Assembly (NCBI GenBank): GCA_035193785.1
Contig: CP136572.1
Location: 3,700,578-3,764,577, forward strand
Reading direction: 5' to 3'
Length of the DNA: 64,000 bases
DNA from: Planktothrix sp. GU0601_MAG3
GTDB lineage: Bacteria; Cyanobacteriota; Cyanobacteriia; Cyanobacteriales; Microcoleaceae
Made by a program: the position numbers and the translations under genes. This document shows, one piece after another, positions 1 to 13,729 of this stretch; position 1 is the first letter of the stretch, and every line of letters starts with the position of its first letter. The notes under the pieces are model-generated. The model was given only the letters and a program-made list of their open reading frames with translations, made no database searches and had not been told where the DNA came from.

Positions 1-1488
<1,488 letters not shown>

Positions 1489-1639
1489 TGAAGAATCTGT
1501 TTTTTTGGCTCTAAAACTTGTTTCTCAAAGTTTTAGAATTTCTTGCTCTTTCAGAAAGTTTGTGTTAAACTCCCTGATTAAGAATTAATTCTTTAATAAC
1601 GAGACAAATTATGTTTTAACTTGGCTTTCAAACTCTTTA

Positions 1640-1711
1640 GTTGTCTAGGTTCGGCGTGTCTTTGTTTTTCGACACTTTTATAAATCTATCAGTCTTTTCT
1701 CAAGATGTCAA
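1640..1711 (-). promoter_or_regulatory. rrn promoter and boxA-like antitermination site
   Basis: Minus strand TTGACA (1711-1706), 17 nt spacer, TAGATT (1688-1683), followed by GAACCTAGACAAC (~1652-1640), which resembles cyanobacterial boxA. Confidence 0.75.
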
Positions 1712-1891
1712 CCCCCTTTTGGGAAATTTTTTTTATGCCCGCCCAATCCTTGCTTTGTATGGGGTTCAGCTTTTTGTTGCTGGGAGTAGCTCGCCTAGGG
1801 AACAAATGATGGCATCGAAATTTAATGGTTTTTGTCCGAGACAGGGGGCAACGGTCTGATCTTGGACACGCGCAGATATATATAGATAGCA

Positions 1892-1977
1892 GGCAACGGG
1901 CAATGGGCAATGGGCAATGGGCAATGGGCAATGGGCAATGGGCAATGGGCAATGGGCAATGGGCAATGGGCAATGGG
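1892..1977. repeat. Heptamer tandem repeat (GGCAATG)n, STRR-type
   Basis: About 11-12 consecutive GGCAATG units visible. Confidence 0.95.
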
Positions 1978-2174
1978 AGGGAAAAGACCTGACGATAAGG
2001 TTTTCTGGATCAGTCTTTGTTAAACACCTCTATGCCCGCGACGGCTCTATATATTATATATAGGGCTTTGTTGAATCGGGGTGTGTTTAAGAGGCGGCGC
2101 GATGCTGAAAGACACAAGACTGGGCGATGTGCTGGAAAAAATAGGCTTCTGCGTGGTCAGGTAAAATTATGATT

Positions 2175-2750
2175 CTAACTCAAATTTTTAAGACTTTCAA
2201 CAGCCTCTAAAGCTTTTAAATAGTAGGCAATATTTCCTGTATCTTCAAATAAACTAGCTGCTTTCTCCAAATCAGCAATAGCTTCTTGTATATTTCCCAG
2301 ATCTCGATGGGTTAATCCCCGATTATAGTAGGCTTCAGTGTTGCTTTTATCATAGTTTATTGCTTGATTATAGCTAGATAGTGCTAATAAATTTTTCTGT
2401 AATTTTCTTAAATTATTACCTTTGTTATAATAAGCTGTAGGATTCTTAGGGTCGATTTCAATGGCTTTATCACAATCTTGAATTGCTTTTTCAAGATTCC
2501 CTAACTTCAAATAACAAACTCCTCGGCTAATATAAGTTGTCGCACTATCTGGTTTAATCATTAAAACCAGATTAAAGTTTTCAATAGCTCCTTTATACTC
2601 TCCCTTTTGTGCTTTTTTTAAACCTTGATTGTGAATCTCTTTTATATTATTTTTATCTAATTCTTGCATTTTTTTCTTTAAAATCAGATATTCTCCTGGA
2701 GTTAATGTTTTAATGATTTGTAAAAGCACATCAATGAGTTTATTATTCAT
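2175..2750 (-). CDS. TPR repeat protein
   Basis: Repeated TPR-like motifs (TYISRG..Y..LG..EKAIQD; AYYNRG..H.DLG..QEAIAD). Confidence 0.85.
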   Translation of the reverse strand: MNNKLIDVLLQIIKTLTPGEYLILKKKMQELDKNNIKEIHNQGLKKAQKGEYKGAIENFNLVLMIKPDSATTYISRGVCYLKLGNLEKAIQDCDKAIEIDPKNPTAYYNKGNNLRKLQKNLLALSSYNQAINYDKSNTEAYYNRGLTHRDLGNIQEAIADLEKAASLFEDTGNIAYYLKALEAVESLKNLS

Positions 2751-2805
2751 AATATTGAGAATATAAAAATGATGAGTTAAATTCTAAAAAATACTTAGAT
2801 CATTT

Positions 2806-2833
2806 GTAGGGGCAAGGCGTGCCTCGACCCTAC
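2806..2833. repeat. REP-like GTAG-terminated palindrome
   Basis: GTAGGGGCAAGGCGTGCCTCGACCCTAC. Confidence 0.6.
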
Positions 2834-2887
2834 AGAAAATTGATAAAAGCGATTCAAATTTTATTGGTTTAGCCCTTTTGTTAAAAC

Positions 2888-4072
2888 TTAAACTGCAACT
2901 TTTTGGCTGAGTTTTTCGGAAGCTGCAATTACTTCTTGCCTAGCCCAACGATCCGATTCTATAATATCTTCTAAAGTCGGATCTTGACGATTATCAATTT
3001 GATGACGATCACAAGTTGATTCTATGACTTTGGGAATATCTAAAAATGCAATTTTTTCTTCTAAAAATAAAGCAACTGCTTGTTCATTTGCTGCATTTAA
3101 AACCGCAGGCATTGAACCTCCTGCCCTTCCTGCTGCATAGGCTAAGGGCATACAAGGATATTTATTATGATCGGGGGATTTAAAGGTTAAATTCCCCGCT
3201 TTAACTAAATCCAAACGTTCCCAACTCGTATAAATTCTTTCTGGCCAAGACATGGCATATAAAATCGGTAAACGCATATCCGGCCAACCCAATTGGGCTA
3301 AAACGGAGGTATCTTGTAACTCAATTAGAGAGTGAATAATACTCTGGGGATGAATCACAATTTCAATATCATTATAATCCAATCCAAACAAGAAGTGAGC
3401 TTCAATTACTTCTAAACCTTTATTCATCATTGTAGCTGAATCCACGGTGATTTTTTTGCCCATTGACCAGTTAGGATGGGTAATAGCATCGGCGACTTTT
3501 ACTTCCTTTAATTTCTCCACAGGCCAATCTCTAAATGCACCCCCAGAAGCAGTTAAAATAATTCGTCTTAGTCCCTCTTTGGGAACCCCTTGTAAACATT
3601 GAAAAATTGCTGAATGTTCCGAGTCCGCAGGTAATAATTTAACCCCATGTTTTTCAATTAAAGGATTGACAACCGGCCCCCCAGCAATTAAAGTTTCCTT
3701 ATTAGCAAGGGCGATATCTTTTCCGGCTTCAATAGCGGCAATTGTGGGTAATAATCCCGCACAACCGACGATTCCGGTAACCACAACTTCTGAGTCCCCA
3801 TAACCTGCAACTTCGATAATTCCTTGCTCTCCCGCGAGTAAAATTGGTTGGGGGTCAATGTCGGCAATCAGGGCTTTCAATTCGGGTAACTGGTCGGGAT
3901 TAGAAATAGCAACAATACTGGGGTTAAAGGCGCGAATTTGTCGGGCTAACAGGGTAATATTCCGTCCGGCGGTTAACCCTACAATCCGAAACTGTTCGGG
4001 ATATTCTGCTACAATGTCTAAGGTTTGAGTTCCGATGGAACCTGTAGAACCCAGAAGTGTAATTGCTTTCAT
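2888..4072 (-). CDS. dxr: 1-deoxy-D-xylulose-5-phosphate reductoisomerase
   Basis: [43 protein letters not shown] motifs. Confidence 0.98.
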   Translation of the reverse strand: MKAITLLGSTGSIGTQTLDIVAEYPEQFRIVGLTAGRNITLLARQIRAFNPSIVAISNPDQLPELKALIADIDPQPILLAGEQGIIEVAGYGDSEVVVTGIVGCAGLLPTIAAIEAGKDIALANKETLIAGGPVVNPLIEKHGVKLLPADSEHSAIFQCLQGVPKEGLRRIILTASGGAFRDWPVEKLKEVKVADAITHPNWSMGKKITVDSATMMNKGLEVIEAHFLFGLDYNDIEIVIHPQSIIHSLIELQDTSVLAQLGWPDMRLPILYAMSWPERIYTSWERLDLVKAGNLTFKSPDHNKYPCMPLAYAAGRAGGSMPAVLNAANEQAVALFLEEKIAFLDIPKVIESTCDRHQIDNRQDPTLEDIIESDRWARQEVIAASEKLSQKVAV

Positions 4073-4245
4073 CTTTTCTTAAGAACTATTTGATATAACC
4101 ATAGTACGACGGTTGATCCCCATTGCCCAATTTCTGCTCAAATCGGTTTGGGAACGTCATCTATGAGTTAAAAGATTGAGATATAATCTAAGATTCGACT
4201 GTTCATAAGATTCACACTCAGGTAGACTGAATTTTGTTGTGAGTA

Positions 4246-5794
4246 ATGAACAAAATGCAAACCCATCCAGATCATCCCGAACCTTCAACACCAATAGAGA
4301 CTAACGGCCTATTTGCCCTTTCCATCTGGAAAATTATGGGAATTGGCACAATTATTTTATTTTTTTATAGTAGTTTACGTCATTTTTTATTTCAGTCTAC
4401 TGCCTATGACTTAGGAATCTATGATCAAATTATATACTTAATTAGTATAGGAAGGCAACCCCTTTCTTCATTTTTGGGGTTTCATTTTTTGGGAGATCAT
4501 GCCGCGATTGCTATTTATCCTTTAGTATTATTATATAAGATTTATCCTACCGTTTATTGGTTATTTTTAATCCAGGCAATTTGTTTGAGTTTCCGCCGCC
4601 GGATTGACTTGGAAATTAGCTCAATTAGCTGGATTAAATCAACGGTTATCTTTGGCAGTTGCGATTGCTTATCTGCTCTACCCTGAAATTTTTAATATTA
4701 ATTTATTTGATTTCCACCCAGATGTTTTAGTAGTCCCCGCAATTTTCGGAGCAGTTTTAGCAGCAAAACAGAAAAAAATTATCTGGTTTATTATCGCAAT
4801 TATTTGGATATTAGCCTGTAAAGCAGTTTTAGCTTTAACTGTAATTGCGATTGGATTTTGGTTGATATTTTTTGAACAACGGCGTTTTTATGGAATGATA
4901 GCAATAGCGTTAGGAATTACTTGGTTTTTAGTTGCAACTCAGGTTATAATTCCCTTTTATAGCGGTCAAGAAGCAGCCGGAGTATCTCGATATGATTATT
5001 TAGGGAATTCGGTTTTAGAGGTGATTATCAATACAATTATTAAACCCCAATTGATTTTAGGGAAACTATTTTCTCTCAATACCTTTGTTTATCTGTTGGA
5101 ATTTAGTGTAGCGGTGATTTGGTGGTTAAATCCTCAAAAGTTTATTGTATTAATTCCCGCCATCCCTACTTTATTACTCAATATATTATCCATTGACCCG
5201 ATGCAACGTAGTTTAATCTATCAATATTCTCTGCCTGCATTACCATTTTTATTATTAGTTATGATTCAAACTTTAGCAGAAGAAAAGCCAGGACTTGCTA
5301 ATAGTTTATGGGGTTTATGGCATAAATTTCAGACCCCCCCTAGCCCCCCCTTGACAACGGGAAAAGGACTGGGTGAAAATATATCTTCTCATCTATTCAC
5401 AATTCCCCATCAAAAACTACCGAAATGGATCATACTTTGGTCAAGTTTGGTATTCTTATTATGGGCAGATCATACACAGGTTTTAGGCTATTTTACTAGA
5501 ATTAATAATTGGTCAGCAACCCAAAAAGCCGTCAGCCAAATTCACACCAAGGGAGGAGTTTTAACCGATAACCGACTTGCACCCCATTTTACCCATCGTA
5601 AAACTATTAAATTGCTCAATCAAGTGTCCCCAGACTTTAATTTAAGAGAATTTGATTATGTGATTTTAAATTTACGTCATCCTTGGCCAGATACGAAAGA
5701 TTTAGGGGAAAAATATGCCACTCAATTAAAAGCAAAAACCAATTTTAAATTATCCTATCAAAAGAATGGTGTATTAGTTTTTAAACGAATTTAA
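4246..5794 (+). CDS. DUF2079-like integral membrane protein (one +1 frameshift at 4589-4593)
   Basis: YDLGIYDQ, FLGDH and FDFHPD motifs and many TM segments; the two ORFs join if one T is removed from GTTTC at 4589. Confidence 0.75.
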
Positions 5795-5866
5795 TTAGAT
5801 TTAATTAGATTTAGGGCGATCAAAAATAGGGAAATACAAAGATGCTCTCGTCACAAATAAAGAGGA

Positions 5867-8633
5867 TTAAATGATAAGTTTTGTGATATTGCTAATGGTA
5901 TCTAATCGAAATTCATTGACTAATATGTTCAGAATTTCTGCCAATTCTACTTGAGAACTAGGGATTTGTTCAATTAACTCCTTTACCTTGGTATCATCTC
6001 CAATTAGCGCCATCTGATGCAATTGTCTGACCCATGCTAAGGGCATTTCTTTAAAATGTCCTGGCGTTAAGGATTGAGTTGGGTTTATAGGCGAAGAATC
6101 CTGAATATTTTCGTTTTCATAAACATATTTAATCCCCAGATATTCAGCCATTTTACTAAACAATTCAGCCTCCCTAAACGGCTTTCTAAGGATATCGTCA
6201 CATCCGGCTTCAAAAATAATATGTTCTTCCTCCTGTAACGCATTAGCGGTTGAAGCAATAATCACTGTATTTTTACCTTTAGGTTTTTCTTTAATCTGGC
6301 GAGTTGCTGTATATCCATCCATCACAGGCATTCGCATATCCATCCAAATTAAATCAGGTTGATATTGTTCCCAAACTTGAATCGCTTCTAAACCATTTTC
6401 GGCTTCAAAAACTTCAAATCCTATGGAATTCAACAATTGTTTTATTAATAAACGATTTTCAAAAACTTTATCGACTACTAATATTTTATAAGCAGTTTGA
6501 TTAGGTAATAAACCAATAACTTTTCCTGGCGGTTGTCGGTGTAAATTTTCGGTAGATTCTGCCTTAGTTGTTAATATTTTGAACTGAAAAATACTCCCCT
6601 GTTCAAAGGTACTATTAACGGTAATATTTCCTCCTAGTATATGCACGATTTTTTGACTAATAGCTAACCCTAAACCAGTACCTTGTTGAGTTTTTTTACC
6701 TGATTCAGTTTGGACAAATGGGTTAAATAAATCCTGGATTTCCTCTGGTTTTATTCCTATGCCTGTATCTTCCACTTCAAAATTAAGATCTAGTTTAGAT
6801 TGAGTAGGTTCAACTGTTTTATCTTCTAAAAATGGTGTAGTTTTTATTCGTAAAATGACTCGACCTTTTGTCGTAAATTTAATAGCATTTCCCAGCAAAT
6901 TAATTAATACTTGACGTAATTTTTGCTCGTCGCTAATAATAAATTGAGGAACATCATCATCATGCTGAATAATAAACTGAATTCCCTTAGAAGTAGCTTT
7001 GATTTTTAACATTGCCTCCAAGTTGTCTAAGAATTGATAAAAGTTAAAACTTTGTTCATTTAATGTAATTTTACCCGCTTCTATTTTGGATAAATCTAAA
7101 ATATCATTGATCAGTTCCAATAGATGTTCGGCACTGCGATTAATAATCCCTAACTCCCGAGAACTTTGGGGGAAAATAGGGTCGCGTGATATTAATTGAC
7201 TAAATCCTAAAATTGAATGTAAGGGCGTTCTTAACTCATGACTTATATTAGCTAAAAAGGTACTCTTAGCCAGATTAGCGGCATCAGCAGCTTCTCTTGC
7301 TTCTTCTAATTCATGGGTTCTTTCTGCTACTTTTTTTTCTAAACTTTTAGAATATTCTTCTAATTGTTGATAGGATTTTTTTAACTGAATTCGCATTTGA
7401 TTAAATGCTTTTGCCAAAGTTCTTAATTCATAAATTGGTTCACATCTAACTGGTGTTCCCCAGTTTCCCTTAGATAATTCATTCGCGGATTGACTTAGTT
7501 CAAAAATAGGTTTAGTCACCCAACGACTGGTAATTATTCCAAAAATAGTAGCCAATCCTAAAGCACCTAAACATAATAAAATAGTCGTCCGATTATTTTT
7601 ATTAATCTGGGTCATAAAATCTGATTCAGGAATCACTACCACCACGAAACCAATTGAGACCATAATCATCTTTATAGGGCAGCACTTGCACAAAATATTT
7701 TTGTCCATTATAATTAAATTCTAATTGCTTTAACTTCTGAATTTGATTAAATTGACCAAAAGTTTGCATTAAATACTTTACTGTTAATTGAGTTAAATGA
7801 TTAGAACTTTCAACGGCTTTTAACGATTTTCTTAATTGATTTTTTCCCTGTTCAATATATGGTTTTTCTCCAGTTGAAGTCGCCACCAATTTCCCTGACG
7901 CATCTAAAATAAAAGTCTGAGTTGCAGGACTAATCTTAATATTTTGTAAAAAATTACTGATTAATTCTAGGAGTAAATCAATACCCATAAATCCTTGAAC
8001 TTCTCCATTATCATCATAAATACGAGTAATTAAAGTAATTCCGATATCCCCTCGGGAAAAAGTATAGATATCACTCCATTGTGTGTGATTATTAGCTTCC
8101 ATAGCTTTTTGATACCAAGGTCGAATTTTAGCATCATAAAAATCCGTTTCAATTCGTTCAGTTCGCTCCCCATTTTTATCTAATTTATAAACTGCTCGTT
8201 TGGGGAAATCTTCACTAATCAAGGTAAGAAACCCCTGGGAAGGACTGTGATGGACTAAAATAATTTCTCCTTGAGAATTGGCAAAATAAATTCCTTGGAC
8301 TGACTTCAATAATTGAATTTGTTCAAAAAAACGGCGCTCTAAATCTTCCGGGTTGTTTACATCCCAAAGCCCCATTTTTATAGCTTCTACATTAACTTGA
8401 TTTAAAAAATAAGGTCTAGCTAAATAGTTATCCAAACGTTCTTTAATTCGATGAGCAATTTCTGCTTGTAATTGCGCAACTAAATCATTAATTACCTGCT
8501 GGCCATTCTGGTAGGATAAATACCCAGTCAGTCCAACAGCAAAAATAATTTGAAGCAAAAACGGAATAATCAAAACGCTTTGCAACCGTACTTTTTTAGA
8601 TAGATGCCTGATATAATACTTCAAATAGTTCAT
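5867..8633 (-). CDS. Hybrid sensor histidine kinase (TM-Cache-HAMP-HisKA-HATPase-receiver), frameshift at 7646
   Basis: RPWY Cache motif, FLANISHELRTPL H-box, NLLGNAIKFT, GTGLGLAI, receiver DLIWMDMRMPVMDG. Confidence 0.9.
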
Positions 8634-8670
8634 GCTTAACCCTTACGGGGATTCCTCTAATGGTATCATA

Positions 8671-10705
8671 TTATGGACAAGGAACTTCAATAATAAACTC
8701 TGTTCCCTGCTTTTTTTTGCTATTAACTTCTAGTTTGCCACCATGGGCTTTAACAATCACTTGATAACAAATCGCCAGTCCCATTCCCGTCCCTTGGCCT
8801 ACGGGTTTTGTTGTAAAGAATGGATCAAAAATTCGAGATTTAAGTTCATCGGGAATTCCCAATCCATTATCCTTAATTTTAATTCTGATAAAATCTGGAC
8901 TGTGATCTTCAGTAGTCAGGGTAACTTCTCCCCCGCGCGGATCGGATTTAACCGCATCAATGGCATTACTTAAAATTTGAAAAAAGACTTGATTTATCTG
9001 GCTGGGAAAGCAATTAATTTTAGGAATAGTTTGATAATTTTTATTGATTTTAATTTGATTCATTTGATGTTCTAATAAACTCAAACTACTCTCTAAACCT
9101 TCAGTTAAATCAACGGATTTCCATTCAGATTCATTGAGATGGGAGAAATCTTTTAAGCTGTCAACAATAGAACGAATTCTCACACTTCCCTGTTCCATAG
9201 AATCAATTAACTGGGGAAAGTCTTCCATAATAAAATCTAGTTCTATTTCCTCACCAATTTGATTTAAAAACTCTCCTACTTCCGGGTTAAACTCTCGACA
9301 TTTATTCACAACTTCCATCAGGTTTTGAACGTAGTTTCTAGCATGGGAAATATTAGCATAAATAAAGTTATTGGGATTATTGATTTCATGGGCAATTCCA
9401 GCTACCATTTGACCCAAGCTTGATAGTTTTTCACTTTGAATTAATTGAATTTGGGTAGTTTTTAATTCTTTTAATGTGGTTTGTAACTCTTGGGTTTGGA
9501 GTTGATATTGGCAAGCTGTTTCTTGAACTTGTGTATAGAGTTGTGCTTGTTTAATGGCGATCGCTAATTGATCAGCAAGTTGTTTTAAACCATCAATTTC
9601 CCAGTTTTTCCAAGCACGAGGGTTACTGCATTCATGGGCAATTAATAATCCCCAAAGTTGACCATCTATCTGCGGTTGATGATCTTCTATTTCTGCTCCC
9701 ATGATAATCGGGACAACTAAATTAGCTCGAACTTGTAACATATCTAAGAAATTCAGATGACAGGGATCTAAATCGGATTTATGAATATCATCAATCGCCC
9801 GAACTCGTCCATTTTTATAGAGTTGTCCATGTTTTTCAGGAAAGCAATTATCGGTAATTTTATCTCCAAAAATTGATGGCCAAGGGACGCGATAATTTTC
9901 TACTTTAATTTCTCCTTCCCAACCATTAATAAACTGATAAATCACAACTCTATCTGTATTCAGAAACTTGCCGAACTCCCGCCACTGCGGTGTTTAAAAT
10001 TGCCGTCAAATCCAAACTACTTCTAATTTGATTAATCACTAATCTTAATAATGCTTCTTGTTCCCCTTTAGCACGGCTTTCTTGATAGAGTTGTGCATGA
10101 TGAATTGCGATCGCTAAGGAAGAAGCGATACCCTCTAAAAGTTGAATTTCCCAGTCTTGCCATTCTCGCTCATGATCGCATTGTTGAAGCCCAATAATCC
10201 CTTTAACTTCTCCTTGATAGCGCACAGCAACCGCTAACATAGATTTAATATCTAATTGATCAATTAAGGCTTTAGTTGTTTCCCCAAAACCAGGAAATTC
10301 TTGAAATTTTGTTACCGCTAAAGGTTGAGATTGAGATAATAGGATTTGTAAATGGGGGTTGTCATCGACATTGAGTTTAATCCCTAATTGACTTAAATAT
10401 TTACCTTGATTATATTCATTCTTCGTGGTAAATTCATGGTCAAAATTAGATTCTTTAACTAAAATACTGACTCGACTACAGTTAATAATTTGCCCCAAAT
10501 GTTGACAGGCAGAACTCAATACCTGATCTAAATCCAATGTACTAATAATTTCTTTATTAATCTGATTTACCAGGTCATAAAACTGCATCTGGTGTGCTTT
10601 TTTATTCCCTTCAGAGACGGTAACTGATGATAGGTCTTCAGAATTGCTAAAAAGAGAATTTTTAGCTAATGAACAGTATGGAGAATCTAAATCAACTATA
10701 GACAT
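8671..10705 (-). CDS. GAF-GAF histidine kinase, second GAF cyanobacteriochrome-like (DXCF + CH), frameshift at 9963
   Basis: Two GAF domains, the second with ITDNCF...[15 protein letters not shown]-box; [18 protein letters not shown]. Confidence 0.85.
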
Positions 10706-10926
10706 AAAATTTTACCCAATAACAATTCAATAAAATTTGATCAACTTTATAAATCAGATATTCCCTAGGTTGAGGTGAAGAAAAAGTTTTAGGTTAAGGG
10801 GGTTAATATCAGGATGGTAACTGATCCATAAAAATAGAGTTTGCAGATGCACTGTCAACCCTGAAACATTAATGTAAAGATATTTTACAATATTTTTGAT
10901 GAAATTGAAAGTATTCCCAAAGATAG

Positions 10927-11673
10927 ATGTGCCAATCCCCTCAATTATATTCATTCCGAGATCGTCCCTGGTTAGGGTTGATGCTAGGAAATTCTCGACG
11001 CCATTGGGCTAAGTTATGGGGTCAAACACTATTAGGGACTTGGGATGAGGACAATACCGACCCACTCCCAGCCCTAAAAGATGATTTGCCTTTAATTGTT
11101 GCTTCCGTGGTCTGCGAAACCACCCAATATTGGACTAGATTCCCCCAAACTCGGGTTTTGACCTTAGCCGATATTCCCCTGAAGGGAATGTACTCCACCC
11201 TAGGTATTGATCGCGCCTTAGCGGTCTTAGGAGCGGGGACACGGTATGGATGGCCAATTTTAGTGATTGATGCCGGGACTGCCCTGACCTTCACCGTCGC
11301 CGACGCCCATCAAAAGTTAGTGGGAGGGGCTATCTTACCCGGTTTGGGTCTACAACGGTCTTGCCTGGCTCATAAAACCGCAGCCTTACCTAGAATTGAA
11401 TTTCCTCCTGAATTACCACCACGCTGGGCAACCGAAACCCCAGGGGCAATTCAGAGTGGAATTATTTATACCCTGTTGGCGGGAATGCGCGATTTTATCG
11501 AAGCCTGGCAAAAACAATATCCCCAGGGGGCTATGGTGATCACCGGAGGCGATCACAATTTGTTACTTTCCTACTTTACCGAGGAGTTTCCGGATAAGAG
11601 TATCCATCCTGTAGCCGATTCCGATCTAATCTTTCGGGGGATGGTGGCTCTGATAACTGAACCCGATGGCTAA
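10927..11673 (+). CDS. coaX: Type III pantothenate kinase
   Basis: GNSR, ASVV, LGIDRA, VIDAGTALT, GGAILPG, ITGGD motifs. Confidence 0.92.
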   Translation: MCQSPQLYSFRDRPWLGLMLGNSRRHWAKLWGQTLLGTWDEDNTDPLPALKDDLPLIVASVVCETTQYWTRFPQTRVLTLADIPLKGMYSTLGIDRALAVLGAGTRYGWPILVIDAGTALTFTVADAHQKLVGGAILPGLGLQRSCLAHKTAALPRIEFPPELPPRWATETPGAIQSGIIYTLLAGMRDFIEAWQKQYPQGAMVITGGDHNLLLSYFTEEFPDKSIHPVADSDLIFRGMVALITEPDG

Positions 11674-12476
11674 TAAACTCCCGAATATATTGGGCGATAA
11701 CCTCCGGCATTTGTAGGGGTAAATTCGGTTTTCCGCCCTCAATCATTTGATATTGAGCCATCGGTGCAATCTCGGAGAAAATTTTACTCTGGTTTCAAGG
11801 CGGTGGCGGTATCCCCATCTCCTTGTAAGACCAAAGTAGGTAACTTCAAACACTCCAGAGGTTGATTTAAGATTTCCTCTTGAATTTCTGCCCAGCGACG
11901 ACGGTACAACAATTGACTGGCAACGGGCCACTCCAACATAATTTGGCGATCGCTAAACCAGGCCTTAATTTTTTTTCCTTGTCCCAATAGAATCCCCAGG
12001 GGATAAATCAGTTTCAAAAACAAAAATAACGGGGAAAAATTGGCAGCAAATTGTCGTTTCCAACCCCATTCTTTTTTATAGTTTTCAAAAGTTATTCCCT
12101 CCGGGGCAATTACCACCAAACCTTTAACCACTTCGGGATATTTTAAGGCATAACGAGTTGCTATCCAAGCCCCCAAACCATTACCGACTAAACAGACTTC
12201 TTGAATTTTGAGGGTTTGAATATATTCAGCTAAACACTCAACTTCTAAATTAATAGAAGGGTGAATTTTTGTAAACGTTCGGGACTCTCCAGATCCCAAG
12301 GTATCCGGTGCAAAACAATGGTGTTCCAGGCTTAAATGCTGCATTAAAGGAACCCATTGACTGCTATCCGTCCAAGACCCATGGAGAAAAATAATTGCCC
12401 GGCCATCACCGACCTCACGCCAAAAAATCTGTCCCTGGGACACTTGAATTCGGAAGTGATGAAATAATTGATACAT
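11576..12476 (-). CDS. Alpha/beta fold hydrolase (frameshift at 11792; C-terminus uncertain)
   Basis: FLHGSW, APDTLGSGES, LVGNGLG at nucleophile-elbow position, PTLVLQGDGD. Confidence 0.8.
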
Positions 12477-12505
12477 CCTAAATTTTTAATATTGTGGACA
12501 AAACC

Positions 12506-12974
12506 CTACGCTAAGGTGGTTAAACCCTCTAAATAGTCCTGAAGATGTCGTTCACAGTCATGGCTAAAATCGGAGGGGAGGGATGTAATAGGAAAGGCTT
12601 TGACCTCCGTAATTTCCTGGATGTCCTGAACTTGAAAGTTACCTTGAACATCCGCTTCGACGACAACACAAATAGAATGAACTCGCGGATCTCGATCAGG
12701 GGCAGAATAGACCCCCACTAGACGGCGGATTTTAACTAATTCTAACCCAGTTTCCTCTGCTAGTTCTCGTTTAATGGTAGTCGGGATATCTTCACCCCAA
12801 TCTACCATCCCCCCGGGTAAAGCCCATTTGCCATTATCTCGACGGCGCACCAGCACAATTTTGCCATCGGGTAGAATCGGGATAATACTGGTTTCCGGGG
12901 ATAGGATGACGAAAAATAATCCCTAATACGGTTTGTCCAAACTTCCAAATATATTTGGCAAAAGATACCACCAA
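12506..12974 (-). CDS. NUDIX hydrolase (frameshift at 12891)
   Basis: Nudix box GGMVDWGE...RELAEETG; N-terminus ...IIFRHPIPGTSII is recovered by removing one base. Confidence 0.9.
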
Positions 12975-13071
12975 AGTGTTTTTTCTCCTATAACTAAAAG
13001 AATAGAGACAGGTTTTAAGTTTTTGTTACTAATCAGCCTACCCCTATCATAAGTACAACATCAGGAAAATC

Positions 13072-13542
13072 CTATAGTTTATCAAGGGTTTGCAGAATTT
13101 CTAAGCTATGGATTTCCGGTTTAACTTTGCGATAAATAGTTTCTATCCGACCTTCAGTATCAATCACAAAAGTATGACGAAACACCCCAATAAATTCTTT
13201 TCCCATAAATTTTTTCAGTCCATAACTATCATATTTAGTTGCTACTTTTCCCCCTTCATCAACTAATAGGGGAAAGGGTAACTGATATTTATTAATAAAT
13301 TTACGATGGGCAGCCGAATTATCCGTACTAATCCCTAAAACAATTATATTTTTTTCTTGGTATTCTCCGTAATTATCCCGAAACCCGCAAGCTTCTTTTG
13401 TACATCCCGGGGTATTATCCCTCGGATAAAAATATAAAACCACCCTTTTCCCGCGAAAATCACCCAGACCCACGGGGTTGCCATCGCTATCGGGTAGAAC
13501 AAAGTCCGGGGCTAAATCACCGGGGTTCAGGGTTATGTCCAT
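13072..13542 (-). CDS. bcp: Peroxiredoxin Q / BCP
   Basis: YFYPRDNTPGCTKEAC. Confidence 0.93.
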   Translation of the reverse strand: MDITLNPGDLAPDFVLPDSDGNPVGLGDFRGKRVVLYFYPRDNTPGCTKEACGFRDNYGEYQEKNIIVLGISTDNSAAHRKFINKYQLPFPLLVDEGGKVATKYDSYGLKKFMGKEFIGVFRHTFVIDTEGRIETIYRKVKPEIHSLEILQTLDKL

Positions 13543-13647
13543 GTTTAAAGAATTTTAATATTGGGCGATCGGGATACGGAAACCTTTAGATAATAACAAA
13601 GCCCTAAAGGGCTTACTACGAGAGTGAAGCTCTTTAAGGCTTTGAAG

Positions 13648-13729
13648 TGGGCGGGAAGAGACTTGAACTCTTATGACCGAAGCCGCCGCATTTTGAGTGC
13701 GGTGCGTCTACCAATTCCGCCACCCGCCC
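13648..13729 (-). tRNA. trnL: tRNA-Leu(CAA)
   Basis: Minus strand GGGCGGG-TGGCGGAATTGGTAGACGC-A-CCGCA-CTCAAAA-TGCGG-long variable arm-AAGAGTTCAAGTCTCTT-CCCGCCC-A; acceptor stem GGGCGGG/CCCGCCC, anticodon CAA. Confidence 0.96.

Noticed and set aside
1641..1973. ORFs with PIAHCPL repeats
   Set aside because: Translation of the GGCAATG heptamer array and the rrn promoter region
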